A stretch of DNA of 48,356 nt from a virus. The number at the start of each line of letters is the position of its first letter. The first letter of the stretch is position 1. Of this stretch, positions 1 to 8,698 are shown in pieces. The stretch lies in the UHGV virus genome UHGV-1370646; one strand, given 5' to 3'. Below the pieces are notes generated by a model. It saw nothing but the letters and a program-made list of their open reading frames with translations, did no database searches and was not told the origin of the DNA. The position numbers and the translations under genes are program-made.

Positions 1-46
1 CTTCTAAGCCGTAGGTCACAGGTTCGAACCCTGTAGGGCGTACCAT
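1..46 (+). tRNA. argU: 3' half of a host tRNA-Arg (anticodon loop CTTCTAA = UCU, argU-like). Likely the attL core.
   Basis: The window opens inside the anticodon loop (cttctaag). A T-loop GGTTCGAACCC, acceptor 3' strand, discriminator and CCA end at base 46. Very close to E. coli argU. Confidence 0.7.
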
Positions 47-60
47 TAAGAAACAGTAAC

Positions 61-1224
61 TTACGCCAGTTTTAAACCAGCCTGATTTCCTCCTTGTGTC
101 GTATTTGTGTCGCTAGCGCCAAAAATGGCGTCAATTTTCCGTGCGTGTTCGGTCAAATGGTTCGGCGCCAGGTGAGCATACCGACGCACCATCTCGATGC
201 TCTCCCATCCGCCCATTTCCTGCAAAACAGAAAGCGGGACGCCGGACTGAATCAGCCAGCTCGCCCAGGTGTGCCGGAGGTCGTGAAAACGGAAATCCTC
301 TATCCCCGCTTTTTTCAGCCCGGCGCGCCAGGCGTTATTGTCATCCACCCGCATTTTTCTCACCGCGGGCGTCAGCGTTCCGTCAGAGCGATGTTTTGCC
401 GTGGTATGAACGAATACCCACCGGGAGTGCTTCCCTATCTGATCCCTTAATACCCTGCATGCGGTATCATTCAGAGCTACGCCAATCGCCTTGCCCGCTT
501 TTGCGTTCTCCGGATTTACCCATGCAACCTTTCTCTGCATATCGACCTGCTGCCACTCAAGCCCGATGATGTTTGAGCGGCGCAGGCCGGTTGCCAGTGC
601 AAATATCACCACTGGCTTAATGCTCTCCGGCATGCACTCGATCAACCGCTCAGCTTCTTCTCTGGTCAGCCACCGTATCCGCTTACTGATAGGCTTGCGG
701 GTTTTGATAACAGGGGCTGTTTTTATCCAGCCCCAGTCATTCGCGGCGGCCCTGAGAAGGGACCGAATGAAGGAAAGGTGCTGCGCCTTCGTCGCCTGAG
801 AAACCTGCCGTGGTTTGTACTCAGGAACCGGCTTACCCTTCCTCACCGCGGCATCGCGTTTACTCTCCCATACCTGCAGGTGCTTACGGTTGATCATCCC
901 GTTAACGGCTTCGTGAACTTCCTCCGCCGTTATCTTCGAGACATCACGGCCGGAAAAATGCTGCAGCCAAAACTCAATTTTGGTTTTGTCATCATCCAGC
1001 GATCGCTTATGGTCTTTTTCCCGCAGCCACCTGATGCAGCATTCTTCGAAGGTTCTGACGGGAAGGTCTCCGATCTGGTCAACCCGCCACGCTTCCGCCT
1101 TCAGCTTGTCGTGGAGCTCCTGAGCCTGCTTTTTGTCCCCCGTGCCAAGAGATCGCCTAACTCTTTTTCCTGACGGCGTAAAGAAATGACAGTGCCACAC
1201 GCCGCCCCTGAGGGTGATTGACAT
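61..1224 (-). CDS. int: Phage tyrosine integrase
   Basis: 387 aa. C-terminal catalytic signature ...[39 protein letters not shown]. Adjacent to the tRNA 3' end and read toward it. Confidence 0.95.
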   Translation of the reverse strand: MSITLRGGVWHCHFFTPSGKRVRRSLGTGDKKQAQELHDKLKAEAWRVDQIGDLPVRTFEECCIRWLREKDHKRSLDDDKTKIEFWLQHFSGRDVSKITAEEVHEAVNGMINRKHLQVWESKRDAAVRKGKPVPEYKPRQVSQATKAQHLSFIRSLLRAAANDWGWIKTAPVIKTRKPISKRIRWLTREEAERLIECMPESIKPVVIFALATGLRRSNIIGLEWQQVDMQRKVAWVNPENAKAGKAIGVALNDTACRVLRDQIGKHSRWVFVHTTAKHRSDGTLTPAVRKMRVDDNNAWRAGLKKAGIEDFRFHDLRHTWASWLIQSGVPLSVLQEMGGWESIEMVRRYAHLAPNHLTEHARKIDAIFGASDTNTTQGGNQAGLKLA

Positions 1225-1436
1225 AAAACTTCTCCTTTATGTTCACCCGCGTTCGCGATGACAGGATCGCGCGGGGTTTTCAAATATGCAATACAAGCCG
1301 CCTCGGTCGTTCTGTACTTGTTGCCGACCTTGCGGCCGGCGAGCTCACCAGATTCAATGAGACGATAGATCACCCGCGCCGACACGATGAGCAAATCGGC
1401 GGCCTGCTGTGCTGTTATCGGTTTGTCAGACGCCAT
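1101..1436 (-). CDS. xis: Excisionase / AlpA-like HTH DNA-binding protein
   Basis: Small protein just upstream of int in the same orientation, with an HTH-like stretch ([18 protein letters not shown]). Overlaps the int start as lambda xis does. The 3' extent is uncertain. Confidence 0.55.
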   Translation of the reverse strand: MASDKPITAQQAADLLIVSARVIYRLIESGELAGRKVGNKYRTTEAACIAYLKTPRDPVIANAGEHKGEVLCQSPSGAACGTVISLRRQEKELGDLLARGTKSRLRSSTTS

Positions 1437-1448
1437 ATTTCCTCCCGG

Positions 1449-1691
1449 TTACGCCGCCTGCTGGGCGCGCAGTTTCTTAATGTGTTCGCTCTGCTCCAGC
1501 TCTGCCTTTATCTGCTGGGACTCTTCGTGAGAGAGCGGCTCGAAGTCATTGTTAAAGCGGTCTATGCTTGCGGTGTTGATCCGCCCCTGGCGCCAGTAGC
1601 GAACCGTCTTTTCGTCGCTGCTGGCGATAATTACCGGCCATCCGTGGCAATCGGCAAAGAGCTGACCTCTCTGAATTAGTTTGAACATCAC
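1449..1691 (-). CDS. Hypothetical early protein
   Basis: 80-aa ORF in the leftward operon, tightly packed against its neighbours. Confidence 0.4.
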   Translation of the reverse strand: MMFKLIQRGQLFADCHGWPVIIASSDEKTVRYWRQGRINTASIDRFNNDFEPLSHEESQQIKAELEQSEHIKKLRAQQAA

Positions 1692-1909
1692 GGCCTCCGG
1701 TGTTTACCGCGTAATTCCTCATCTTCCTGACAGTCAGCGCAGCGCTGACAGCCCGCCACAGCTTCCCAGCGCGGTTCTGGTATCTCTTCCCCGCAGTCGC
1801 GGCAGTGAGTAGCCGATACCGCCGCATGGTTGATGCGCATGTTCTGGATGGTCATTTCCAGCCGGCGCTCTGCCAGCTCGTTGGCCTGATCGATGAGTTC
1901 TGCGCTCAT
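1688..1909 (-). CDS. TraR/DksA-family C4 zinc-finger protein
   Basis: 73 aa with CRDCGEEIPEPR...CQRCADCQ (CxxC-N17-CxxC). This is the typical phage TraR-like arrangement. Confidence 0.7.
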   Translation of the reverse strand: MSAELIDQANELAERRLEMTIQNMRINHAAVSATHCRDCGEEIPEPRWEAVAGCQRCADCQEDEELRGKHRRP

Positions 1910-2610
1910 GCTTCGACTCCTTTCACGGCCAGAAACGTAGCCATCGCTTTATCAACAATCTTCGCATTGTGGTATTTGCTGATTGCCCAGGTGATAGCGA
2001 ATAAAATCCACCGGAAATGGCTGGTATACGTCTTAAAGGTCAGCCCGTCGCAGATATCCCAGGCGCTAAACCTTTCGGGCCAGTCGGCATCATAAACAGC
2101 GTTATAGGCTTCAAAATCGTTGTTAAACTCAGCCAGACACAACTCACGGACGATTTCGCGCACCTTAGCCTTTTCGCTATCCGGAGTTTCGTCATCGTCG
2201 TCCCAGTCGTCATCTTCTTCTGGCTCCTCGCTTTCGTCGTCCTCCAGGTAATCACTCATAGACTCTTTCAGGCTTTTGCAGAACGCGTCGTGGTCATACT
2301 CTTTCGCCAGCATTTCGCGTGCCGAACATCCCGCGCCAGCCTCCAGTTTTTCAGCCCAGTAATGGGTATTGATTCCACCTTCCCAGGCGCCAAAAAAGTC
2401 GAACATGTCCGCGATGCGACTGAATGTCCACGTTCCCATGTCGCCGGTTACGGTTAAGTAACCAGGCCAGGTGATAACGTCGTAGTAGTAGCAGGATGTT
2501 CCAGGCTGCTGCATACGCAGGTGGCGATACAAGCCATCATCACGAATGATTTCCAGACGGTGAAATGCTGTATCGATCAAAAATCTGGAGTCGATTTCAA
2601 AGAAGTTCAT
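1906..2610 (-). CDS. Hypothetical protein with an acidic C-terminal tail
   Basis: 234-aa ORF. Stop/start overlaps with its neighbours. C-terminal DDESEEPEEDDDWDDDDE. Confidence 0.5.
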   Translation of the reverse strand: MNFFEIDSRFLIDTAFHRLEIIRDDGLYRHLRMQQPGTSCYYYDVITWPGYLTVTGDMGTWTFSRIADMFDFFGAWEGGINTHYWAEKLEAGAGCSAREMLAKEYDHDAFCKSLKESMSDYLEDDESEEPEEDDDWDDDDETPDSEKAKVREIVRELCLAEFNNDFEAYNAVYDADWPERFSAWDICDGLTFKTYTSHFRWILFAITWAISKYHNAKIVDKAMATFLAVKGVEA

Positions 2611-2798
2611 GCTGCACCGCCTTCGCTTTTTTCCGCTTCAACCGCCATCTGCTCAAGCTTTCGTGAAAGCTCGGCAGACAGTGCCTGGAACTCTTCCTCT
2701 GTCGCTACCGGGATCGGCACAAACCGGATGCCGATATGAGCAAGGCCATGTGCGGCCTCAAGGCATTTCCTTAAATCAACGGGAGAGGCTCTGTTCAT
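2607..2798 (-). CDS. Hypothetical small protein
   Basis: 63-aa ORF, start/stop coupled with its neighbours. Confidence 0.35.
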   Translation of the reverse strand: MNRASPVDLRKCLEAAHGLAHIGIRFVPIPVATEEEFQALSAELSRKLEQMAVEAEKSEGGAA

Positions 2799-3538
2799 GC
2801 TGCACCGCCTTCAACGCGCTTGAACTCGATAACCCAAACCCAACCGTTGGCCTTCCAGCTTTCCTCGCCGTAGATGGAGTCCCACAGGCTTCTGAATGAG
2901 GACCGATATAGTTGATTCATTTCTACGTAGTGGGGCATGTCATCGGACCAAAACTGGAAAAACTCATCACTTGCCACGTAATTTCTTGCAACTACTGTCT
3001 GGTCCCAAACCTCGGTATGAACTCCCTCGCGTTGTGCGTCCTCTTCGCTGATAGCGTTCAACCGCTCAACGCGCACGTCGGTGATTTCCAGCAGAATGCG
3101 GCTGGCTGCTCTCGGCATATGAATGGAAGGCTTCCAGCACGAACGACCATCTTCATAACCATCGTCATCACCCCAGGTAAAATCACCATCAGCTGCATAA
3201 ATGGCGTGGCCAGAGTAATAGCCATTGCCAAACGGCATTTCGTTAATGGCTTTAGCCGGTCGGTCTGGCGTCCATGGTTGGATTCGACCATCCTCATCAA
3301 GTTCGTGGCTGACGACTCCCCACGTCTCGCGCACCCAGATGCGGTCGCCTGGCTTGCAAAATGCGCTGTTCAGATAGTTCCCTGCCGACAGCTCCCCGGC
3401 CAGTTCATTGCCAGCCAGCTCGCACCCAAGGTTTTTATCATACACAGGGAATTTCACTGGGCGCCGGGTCTGCGTCTTCCGGCCGTCAAGAATGGCTCGT
3501 ACCATTTCAGAGTTGAAAATCATTCCGCGCTCAGTCAT
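2795..3538 (-). CDS. Hypothetical early protein
   Basis: 247-aa ORF. N-terminus MIFNSEMVRAILDGRKTQTRR. No family recognised with confidence. Confidence 0.5.
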   Translation of the reverse strand: MTERGMIFNSEMVRAILDGRKTQTRRPVKFPVYDKNLGCELAGNELAGELSAGNYLNSAFCKPGDRIWVRETWGVVSHELDEDGRIQPWTPDRPAKAINEMPFGNGYYSGHAIYAADGDFTWGDDDGYEDGRSCWKPSIHMPRAASRILLEITDVRVERLNAISEEDAQREGVHTEVWDQTVVARNYVASDEFFQFWSDDMPHYVEMNQLYRSSFRSLWDSIYGEESWKANGWVWVIEFKRVEGGAA

Positions 3539-3875
3539 TCCAGGCCTCCATTTCGTTCTCGATCTCTTCGTCGATTTCGTCGTTGGTAGCTTCTTCGTCC
3601 AGGTAGTCGCGTGCTTCTTTCAGGTACTGCTCATGGCGCTCCCGATACCAGGCCGAAAATTCTGGCGTCCAGCCGTTCGGCTCACCGTCATAGTCAACCT
3701 TGGCGTTACGTTCAGCCATGCTTTCGACCATGCTGTAGGCGGTGGTAAGCGCCGCCTCGCGGATATATCCGCGTAAGTCACGCTTGCGCCAGTAGGGATT
3801 AACTTTTGAATCGCAGAAAGGTTTGAATTCCACTTCCCAGCGACGAATGCAACGCGCGTTTAATGACTTGCTCAT
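3531..3875 (-). CDS. Hypothetical protein (115 aa, acidic C-terminus)
   Basis: Start chosen at MSKSLNAR (ATG 3873-3875), which overlaps the upstream stop in ATGA fashion. The track's longer ORF (to 3998) runs into the neighbouring gene. Confidence 0.45.
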   Translation of the reverse strand: MSKSLNARCIRRWEVEFKPFCDSKVNPYWRKRDLRGYIREAALTTAYSMVESMAERNAKVDYDGEPNGWTPEFSAWYRERHEQYLKEARDYLDEEATNDEIDEEIENEMEAWND

Positions 3876-4093
3876 GATTCCACTCCATAGCGGCCGCTGA
3901 GCCGCCCAATAACACTGACAAATTTCACCAGGCTGACACCCATAGGCCGGACCTTCTCGTAGTGCTTGCGAAGGATGGGGGGGCATACAGCGTTCCACTT
4001 CGGTTTAGGCTTTACGCTCATCGCTTTGGTTAGCTCTTCTGCGCAGCGACGAGCCTGGGCGCGGAGAGCATTTTCTTTTTCTTCTGGCGTCAT
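3872..4093 (-). CDS. Hypothetical small protein
   Basis: 73-aa ORF. ATGA-type overlaps on both sides. Confidence 0.4.
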   Translation of the reverse strand: MTPEEKENALRAQARRCAEELTKAMSVKPKPKWNAVCPPILRKHYEKVRPMGVSLVKFVSVIGRLSGRYGVES

Positions 4094-4617
4094 GCTGCCT
4101 CCAGAGTGCCAATCCGCTTTAACTCAGCCAGCGATACGGATGTGATGATGTGTCGCGGACTGATGAACGGTCGCCAGATAAACAGCAGCGAGCCTTTTGG
4201 GTTACTCCGGCGCTTGCCTGTAACGGATGCCGGAACAAACTGGACGCGACCACCGGTTATCAGCCTCAGTTCATCAGCTGACTGCATAGCCGAGATAAAC
4301 CAGCCGGTAGAGATGTCAGCCGGCAACAGCATCACTACAGCCTGAGACTGCGCTCTGGATTGTTCGGCAGCCTTTTCCACCCACGGTCCGATATCGGAAT
4401 AGGGCGGGTTACACCAGATCGCGCCGTATGACGTCCAGTCGCTGTTCAGCGAGTTATCCAGCTCAGTGAGGTAATGAGCGCAAAGCGCATTACTCTCAGA
4501 GGCTGCAGCGTCCAGCCAGAAGCCAAATTCGCGATCGAGCGCATTGAAAATTTCAATCGGCGTTTGCCAGTAGTCGCGTTCATTTTTTGGTGTTTTCGAT
4601 CCTCCGAAATCAGTCAT
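4090..4617 (-). CDS. Phage DNA N6-adenine methyltransferase (Dam-like)
   Basis: 175 aa. N-terminal WQTP motif and catalytic NPPY (CNPPYS), typical of the phage Dam MTase family. Confidence 0.8.
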   Translation of the reverse strand: MTDFGGSKTPKNERDYWQTPIEIFNALDREFGFWLDAAASESNALCAHYLTELDNSLNSDWTSYGAIWCNPPYSDIGPWVEKAAEQSRAQSQAVVMLLPADISTGWFISAMQSADELRLITGGRVQFVPASVTGKRRSNPKGSLLFIWRPFISPRHIITSVSLAELKRIGTLEAA

Positions 4618-4919
4618 TGCGCACCTCTTTTCGCGTCTGCCTTTCTCATGCGGCTTAAAGTCCTGGATACCGACGCAACGCTGCGGCCCATCTTCATGGC
4701 GATGCTTTTATGCGACTCGCCGGCAGCGCGCAGTTCAGCTGCTACCTGCTTCTCTTCTGGCTTCCATGGCTTGTAGACAAACGCTGTGCTGATGGAATAG
4801 CTCTGTGCCAGGCGGTAGAAGTTTGCCTGGCTAATCCCCAGCGCATCCGCTGCGCGACAGGCAGGCATGGTTCCGGCGACGGCGCGGAATTGCTCTGGTG
4901 TGATGCTCTGCTTATTCAT
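4614..4919 (-). CDS. HTH DNA-binding protein
   Basis: 101 aa. HTH-like ADALGISQANFYRLAQ. Confidence 0.5.
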   Translation of the reverse strand: MNKQSITPEQFRAVAGTMPACRAADALGISQANFYRLAQSYSISTAFVYKPWKPEEKQVAAELRAAGESHKSIAMKMGRSVASVSRTLSRMRKADAKRGAQ

Positions 4920-5218
4920 TGTGCCTCCCGTGGTAACCGGTATATTTCTCCGCCAAGCGTCCCGTTTCCCCAGCGCTCGACGGTCAGAAATGGCTTAACC
5001 ATTTCCAGTTCCGGCGCCGAGATGAACACTTCTTTCATCTCAAGTGCTGGCGCCCACCCGGCGTAATAAGGTTCATGAAAATTCAGGGTTATCCCTGCGT
5101 TGTGCCCGAGGGCACCTGCTGCGGTCTGCCAGCGATGAAATACCGTAATGTTGTTCCGCGCGTCCTTGCGCAGGATGGACAGGATTGACTCAGCTGTTAC
5201 TTTCATGGCTGCCACCAC
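4916..5218 (-). CDS. Hypothetical protein
   Basis: 100-aa ORF in operon register. Confidence 0.4.
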   Translation of the reverse strand: MVAAMKVTAESILSILRKDARNNITVFHRWQTAAGALGHNAGITLNFHEPYYAGWAPALEMKEVFISAPELEMVKPFLTVERWGNGTLGGEIYRLPREAQ

Positions 5219-5843
5219 TTGCGGCTTGTTTCAGCTCTCTCAGGCGGATGCCGGTAACGACCCTGCACTTCGCCTGATGCCCAGGGAAGCCATGAAGGCT
5301 GTTCCATGCTTTTCCGTAGTTATCCTGGAGGGCCTTCGGATCGTTCTCTGAGCCTGCGTAAGCAGTGAAATCAGCGAGAATCTGATCTGCGTCTGCTGGC
5401 CTTACCTGGTGAGCCTCATAGTCAGGGTCCACAGCCGTCTCTTCTGTAGGGATGCAGAACGCCTGAAAGGCTGCATATTTGTACGCAATCGACATGGCCT
5501 TGTTCGTTGCTTTATCGCCGCTATCCATCGCCTCGCCGTAGGTGACGACGGTATGAATGCTGCCGTCCTCCGTGCTGACAAAATCGAACTCAGCCCGGAC
5601 GGTTACATAAAACAACGCGCCACCATTTTTGCTGGTTCGTTCACAGCATGACCGCTCAGTACACCGCGGGAGGATCAGTAACTTGTGCTTCACCAGGGCA
5701 GGGGCCAGAGCGTTGTAAACGTCATCGATCCCACGGAATGCGTAGTTGACCTGGCTGCCCTGTTTTCTGGCCTTGCTGATGCCTTTCTCTGCCAGCTCTC
5801 CGGCCACAGCGCTGATAGCGGCGTATACTTTTTTATCCGTCAT
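5190..5843 (-). CDS. erf: Single-strand annealing protein, Erf family (putative)
   Basis: 217 aa. The central region KATNKAMSIAYKYAAFQAF resembles the ERF-family core. It sits where lambdoid phages carry their recombination gene. Confidence 0.55.
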   Translation of the reverse strand: MTDKKVYAAISAVAGELAEKGISKARKQGSQVNYAFRGIDDVYNALAPALVKHKLLILPRCTERSCCERTSKNGGALFYVTVRAEFDFVSTEDGSIHTVVTYGEAMDSGDKATNKAMSIAYKYAAFQAFCIPTEETAVDPDYEAHQVRPADADQILADFTAYAGSENDPKALQDNYGKAWNSLHGFPGHQAKCRVVTGIRLRELKQAASGGSHESNS

Positions 5844-6064
5844 TGAAAATTCCCCGCGAATTCATCCCAGCTGATCACCGGGTTCTGCCGTTCCGCAGAA
5901 AGGTTTACTGGTTCGTCATCGTCGAAATCACGTTCGCCGATCGCATCGCTCATCAGCTGAATGAATTCGTCGTCATCCCATTTTTCCGCCGCGCTCATGC
6001 TGCTTTCTCCCGATGAGTAATGACGTAGCCATGTTCCGCCAGACATTCGATCACCACGTCCCAA
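5840..6064 (-). CDS. Hypothetical acidic small protein
   Basis: 74-aa ORF. Overlaps the 5995..6198 ORF, so only one of the two may be real. Confidence 0.35.
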   Translation of the reverse strand: MGRGDRMSGGTWLRHYSSGESSMSAAEKWDDDEFIQLMSDAIGERDFDDDEPVNLSAERQNPVISWDEFAGNFQ

Positions 6065-6198
6065 TCCAGTTGCATGAGGACTTCACGACTGTTAACTGTT
6101 CCCGACAGCACCACGTCTTCCAGCTCGACGGTTAACGTGTTATGTGGGCCTACAGATGTGCGCATGTCTGTGCATTCACATTTGATGTTCATAAGCAC
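5995..6198 (-). CDS. Hypothetical small protein
   Basis: 67-aa ORF between the coiled-coil gene and the erf region. Uncertain. Confidence 0.3.
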   Translation of the reverse strand: MLMNIKCECTDMRTSVGPHNTLTVELEDVVLSGTVNSREVLMQLDWDVVIECLAEHGYVITHREKAA

Positions 6199-6199
6199 C

Positions 6200-7171
6200 T
6201 CAGTAACTGATACCGGTATGAGGAATGCGGCCGTCTTTAACCGCGGTGAGCACCTCGATAGCCTGATCCCGAGTAAGGCTGGTATTGGCCAGAAGAGCTT
6301 TGACGATTTCAGTGCCTACAGCCTTGCGGTGCTTAACGTCGGCTTCGCGTCGCGCCTGCTCATCGGCTTTGCGTTTATCCTCAGCCAGGCGGGCCTGTTC
6401 GCGTTGCTCTGCCTCGCGGCGGATGCGATCGGCTTCTTCCTGAGCTTTGCGGCGCTCCGCTTCGATAGCGGCCTGCTTGTCAGCCTCAGCTTTCTGCTCG
6501 GCTGCAATGCGATCTCGCTCTGCCTGCTCAGCTTGTGCTTTCAACACAGCTTCACGATGCGCCGCTTCTTCACGTTCACGCTGTGCGCGCTGCTCAACTT
6601 CGCGGGCTGCTGCAGCTGCTGCCAGTCGCTTAATTTCTTCTTCATGGGCAATGCGCTGGCGCTCAGCCTCAGCCGCTTTATCTGCCTGCTCACGATCGAA
6701 AGCGTCATTCATCAGCAGAGCCATTTCGTGGTCAGACTCAATACGAGCTGCCAGCCGCCGATCGAAGTTTTCATTCATGGCCAGTGCTTCGACGTGAAGG
6801 GCGAGCATGGCTTCTTCGGCCTTAATGCGTTCCTGCTCCGCCTCCCATTCGGTCAACGGGCGACGCACTTCATCTTTCAGTGCATCGAGACGCTCACGGA
6901 CAACGCGGCGGCTTTCATCAATCTGCTTTGGCAGCGCCTTCAGCTCAGCGACCAGGTCTTTACCTGCGTTGTCGATGTAGGTTTTAGAGCGCGCCACCTT
7001 GTGAGCCATGGATGCGATGGCGTCGCGGCCTTTTTTGGTGGTCACGTCCGGCACCAGACTGCGAGCCTCTTTTTCGATCGCTTCGATAAGCGGATCGAGT
7101 TGGTCGTTATTGGTGAAAACCGCCATCGCGTTCCTTTTCTCGATGACGACTAAATCCATTATTTCGCTCAT
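6200..7171 (-). CDS. Coiled-coil protein with Ala/Glu/Arg-rich repeats. A recombination-associated role is possible.
   Basis: 323 aa with a long low-complexity EAERQRIAHEEE.../AEQAERDRIAAEQKAE... segment. The large plus-strand ORFs over it are shadow ORFs of this GC-rich repeat. Confidence 0.6.
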   Translation of the reverse strand: MSEIMDLVVIEKRNAMAVFTNNDQLDPLIEAIEKEARSLVPDVTTKKGRDAIASMAHKVARSKTYIDNAGKDLVAELKALPKQIDESRRVVRERLDALKDEVRRPLTEWEAEQERIKAEEAMLALHVEALAMNENFDRRLAARIESDHEMALLMNDAFDREQADKAAEAERQRIAHEEEIKRLAAAAAAREVEQRAQREREEAAHREAVLKAQAEQAERDRIAAEQKAEADKQAAIEAERRKAQEEADRIRREAEQREQARLAEDKRKADEQARREADVKHRKAVGTEIVKALLANTSLTRDQAIEVLTAVKDGRIPHTGISY

Positions 7172-7692
7172 GGTTTCCCCTCCAAAAGGTTGTTATTAAT
7201 AACTTCGTTATTTGCAAATTTGCCATGGAGTTTCAGCCGATAATCCTTTATTGCCGACTCAGCATCTTTAAGTGACAAATAACTCCCTATTTCTTTGTTT
7301 TTCCCTTTTATGGATATGCTGGCCCGGAATCTTTTCCTTCTGCCATCCCAGCTAACACCCTTTACTCCTGTTTTGTTATTTTTCCCGGCTGCGCTATTCC
7401 ACATATTTTGTTCAGCGGTGGCTTCTCTTAGGTTATTGATTTTATTGTTTTCTCTGTTGCCATCAATGTGGTCTATCATGTTGACTGGGAATGTTCCATG
7501 CGTAACTAGCCACGCGAGGCGATGAGCAAAATAAAACTTCCCGTCAATTTTTATGAGAATGTAACCTTGTCCATTTTTGCTTCCTGCGATACATCCAGAC
7601 TTAGCCTTTCCCCGGCGGTTAACCTTCCAAGTAAATAACCCTGAATCAGGCGAATAATCTAATAACTCATCAAGTCTTTCTTTATTCAGCAT
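7168..7692 (-). CDS. Free-standing HNH homing endonuclease with an AP2 DNA-binding domain
   Basis: 174 aa. HNH motif HIDGNRENNKINNLR and an AP2-like GVKGVSWDGRRKRFRASI. Strong RBS GGGAGG. Markedly AT-rich compared with its neighbours. Confidence 0.85.
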   Translation of the reverse strand: MLNKERLDELLDYSPDSGLFTWKVNRRGKAKSGCIAGSKNGQGYILIKIDGKFYFAHRLAWLVTHGTFPVNMIDHIDGNRENNKINNLREATAEQNMWNSAAGKNNKTGVKGVSWDGRRKRFRASISIKGKNKEIGSYLSLKDAESAIKDYRLKLHGKFANNEVINNNLLEGKP

Positions 7693-7750
7693 GCGTGCCT
7701 CCCGGCGCGATGAAAGCCGCCTGATAGTTCAGTTAAATTCTTCGTTTCGA

Positions 7751-7957
7751 TTACCGGCTGAGACCTTGTCCCAACCCGTTCAGATAAACTTCAACCAGCA
7801 AGTCGGTTGTGTAAGTCCGCTCAATCCCGCGATGCAGGTACAGGCGGCCGCGTTTATTTGCTGATGCTGTCCAGGTGCTTTCCCGATGCTTAACGAGCAT
7901 CCCTGGGAGAACGGCGCCGCGGTTAACGGTCTGTGTCCCGTAATGATGACTAACCAT
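7751..7957 (-). CDS. Hypothetical small protein (68 aa)
   Basis: Its start overlaps the stop of the upstream micro-ORF (AATGGTTAG). Confidence 0.4.
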   Translation of the reverse strand: MVSHHYGTQTVNRGAVLPGMLVKHRESTWTASANKRGRLYLHRGIERTYTTDLLVEVYLNGLGQGLSR

Positions 7958-8060
7958 TGAACACCCCCGTAACGTGCAGAATTTTGATAATCAACGCTGT
8001 CCAGATAACGCCGCAGATCAGCAGGCAGTAAATCAGTGAACGAATGCCTTGTTTGCTCAT
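7950..8060 (-). CDS. Micro-ORF: 36-aa single-TM peptide MSKQGIRSLIYCLLICGVIWTALIIKILHVTGVFNG
   Basis: Not in the ORF track (below its size cutoff). Hydrophobic helix. ATGA coupling to the ORFs on both sides. Confidence 0.35.
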   Translation of the reverse strand: MSKQGIRSLIYCLLICGVIWTALIIKILHVTGVFNG

Positions 8061-8173
8061 GCTGAACCACCAGGTATCAGGCAGAATGCACTTGCTATCA
8101 GTACGCATACGACGATGGCGAATGCGTGTGCCAGAAACTTAAACCACTCAGTTTTATCTTCTTCGCGGATCAT
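8057..8173 (-). CDS. Micro-ORF: 38-aa single-TM peptide MIREEDKTEWFKFLAHAFAIVVCVLIASAFCLIPGGSA
   Basis: Not in the ORF track. Hydrophobic helix. Its stop overlaps the start of the next micro-ORF (ATGA). Confidence 0.35.
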   Translation of the reverse strand: MIREEDKTEWFKFLAHAFAIVVCVLIASAFCLIPGGSA

Positions 8174-8296
8174 CTCTTCACCTTTGCCTTATCGCGGCTA
8201 ACGGAGCGTTGTTACCTATTACCGGCGCCAACGTTGTTGTTTGGATACCAAAACCAGCTCGTAAACTGGCTTTGGTAACGCCTCTCGGGAGAGGCT

Positions 8297-8506
8297 TTAA
8301 CCGAGACCCTTCTCCTCTTTGCTCATAACTTCGTAGTCACTAATCATCTTCAATACCTCCGTAAGAGGCTGCTCTATGACAAAGCGACTGCCAGAAACCA
8401 AAATAACCAATGTTTTTTTTGTGTCTTTTTCACGCAGAAGGCACGCAACCTTTTCAAGGTCAATTGCTACGCCCTCATCTATGTTTGCTAAAAGTTTCAC
8501 GTTCAC
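8297..8506 (-). CDS. Hypothetical protein, first gene downstream of the PL-like region
   Basis: 69-aa ORF. Not Arg-rich, so not obviously N-like. Confidence 0.4.
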   Translation of the reverse strand: MNVKLLANIDEGVAIDLEKVACLLREKDTKKTLVILVSGSRFVIEQPLTEVLKMISDYEVMSKEEKGLG

Positions 8507-8526
8507 CTCATCGCTGTGTTGTTTGG

Positions 8527-8590
8527 ATGGCTTAAATTTAGCGCGATGCTAAATAAATGGCAATAGCAAAATGCTAAATTATCGCTATGT
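8527..8590. promoter_or_regulatory. OL-like operator cluster with TTAGC/GCTAA half-sites
   Basis: 17-bp palindrome TTTAGC-GCGAT-GCTAAA (8527-8543), TAGCA-AAA-TGCTA (8555-8567) and further half-sites at 8574-8590. Lies just downstream of the repressor gene, like lambda OL. Confidence 0.5.
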
Positions 8591-8656
8591 GGTATTTAGC
8601 GTTTTGATTTGCTTAGGGTTTAATTTTTGGATGAAGTGTATTGGGGAGTTTTTAGG

Positions 8657-8682
8657 CATAAAAAAACCCGCCGGAGCGGGTT
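8657..8682 (-). terminator. Rho-independent terminator downstream of the repressor gene
   Basis: GC stem ACCCGC-CGGA-GCGGGT, followed on the minus strand by a 7-nt U run. Confidence 0.6.
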
Positions 8683-8698
8683 TGTTAAAGGGGTATTA

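Noticed and set aside
6074-7153. 359-aa plus-strand ORF (and nested 6447..6797)
   Set aside because: It lies antisense to the GC-rich, repeat-rich coiled-coil gene 6200..7171. The Ser/Ala/Cys-rich translation is a typical shadow of an Ala/Glu/Arg repeat.
7780-8070. 96-aa ORF (MVQHEQ...)
   Set aside because: It covers the same DNA as the two coupled micro-ORFs in a different frame, starts at a GTG, and has no protein-like features. The coupled TM-peptide frames look more plausible, but this is unresolved.
8297-8506. N-type antiterminator and nut sites
   Set aside because: The first pL gene is not Arg-rich. The cro-cII spacer is only 18 bp, so no tR1/nutR is evident. I could not support an N/nut system from sequence.
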